A stretch of DNA of 44,280 bases. Source: Cladosporium halotolerans (Eukaryota). The translations under genes and the position numbers were made by a program. The DNA lies in assembly GCF_011745625.1 (NCBI RefSeq), contig NW_027191519.1, positions 1 through 44,280 of the forward strand, read 5' to 3'. Below the pieces are notes generated by a model. That model saw nothing but the letters and a program-made list of their open reading frames with translations, was not told the DNA's origin and did not search any database. Of this stretch, positions 43,368 to 44,280 are shown in pieces (the stretch's first letter is position 1; each line of letters begins with the position of its first letter).

Positions 43368-44280
43368 GAAGTCTTCCCCACCGTGTGCACAGACCCACCG
43401 CGTGCTCACGCGACGCGTTAGTCAACAGACGGCTTTATCGTCGTGTATCTCCATCATCTGTTCAGCTATGGATGCAGCAATTACATAATTGAAATCCTTG
43501 GAAAGCCCTTGTGTAGCAACGGTAGCTAGGAAACACGGGCTCGTTACCTCAACTCTCAGAAGACGGCGGAAGGGTATCACATCTAGTAGAGGCCAAGCCA
43601 TCGAACACTCACGATTTCTCTGCATTCAGCAGGAGCAGCAGCTATTGTTGTACGTCAAGCAGCTTTGTGACCGATGCCTTCCACCCACACCAGCAATAAT
43701 GGCTGAAATTCCCGCCCAGCTTGGTGGTAGAGCTCCTGGACACAACTGGTGTTCAAGATTTGTGGAGAGATACAAGTGCGAAGTAGACTCAAGGTACCTC
43801 AACAGCCTGGACCTAGACAGACATCAAGCTGATTCTGTGGCTTCTTTCAAACAATACTTCTCTAAAGTCGGTGAGAAAATGAAAGAATACGACATTCTGC
43901 CCGAGAATACCTATAATATGGATGAGAAAGGCTTCCTTCTTGGGAGGACTACTAAGAGCAAGAGGGTTTTTTCGAAGAGCCTGAGAGCTTCTGGAGAGCT
44001 TCTAGGAGCTGGCCAGGATGGATCTAGAGAGTGGATCACGGTGGTGGCCACGGTATGCGGCGACGGGACAGCATTGCCTCCTCTCCTGATCTACGACAGC
44101 ACCTCCGGCTCCATTCAAGACTCATGGGTGCAAGACTTCGACTCCAATGAACGCGACGCTTAGTTCACATCTTCTGCTATTGGCTGGACTTCTGATGAGA
44201 TCGGGTTCAAGTGGCTCGAAGCCTTCTTCGACGCTAAAACCCGGGAGAAAGCTAGAAGGCAATGGAGGCTCTTATTTGTC
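43368..44280 (+). mobile_element. Fot1/pogo DNA transposon, copy 6 (defective, runs off the window)
   Basis: TA at 43366-43367, then TIR GAAGTCTTCCCCACCGTGTGCACAGACCC. ATG at 43468 (MDAAIT*), YNMDEKGF, GQDGSREWIT, and a TGG>TAG stop at 44161. Confidence 0.92.

Noticed and set aside
43332..43409. N-terminus of the 734-aa RT ORF
   Set aside because: Derived from flank and the pogo 6 TIR; LINE homology starts at TEQALLLL (~43331).

Overview
Filamentous-ascomycete genomic DNA (short GT-AG introns with CTRAY branch sites, Fot1/pogo and Tad1-like elements). It looks like an accessory, transposon-saturated region. Recognisable host-type genes: a class IV chitin synthase (3388-7281), a Gly/Gln/His-repeat protein (8416-9261, minus) and a compact heavy-metal transporter cluster. 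The cluster holds an apparently intact Pca1-like P1B ATPase with a hidden 5' exon (10005-13324), two decayed Zrc1/Cot1 CDF paralogues (13946-15504, 16869-18442), an NRAMP/Smf gene with one frameshift (25788-27645), and two orphan arrays of ZafA-type CAAGGT zinc-response motifs. Mobile DNA: six different Fot1/pogo DD35D elements (the complete or near-complete ones are ~2.14 kb; one fully intact), two Tad1-like LINEs, a hAT end fragment, and a decayed DUF3505-like gene with a cryptic tyrosine-recombinase-like signature preceded by a CCGCGTCGCG repeat array. The metal-gene content resembles the cargo of metal-resistance Starships, but no captain gene or element boundary is visible. All family calls come from motif recognition by eye, not database searches.
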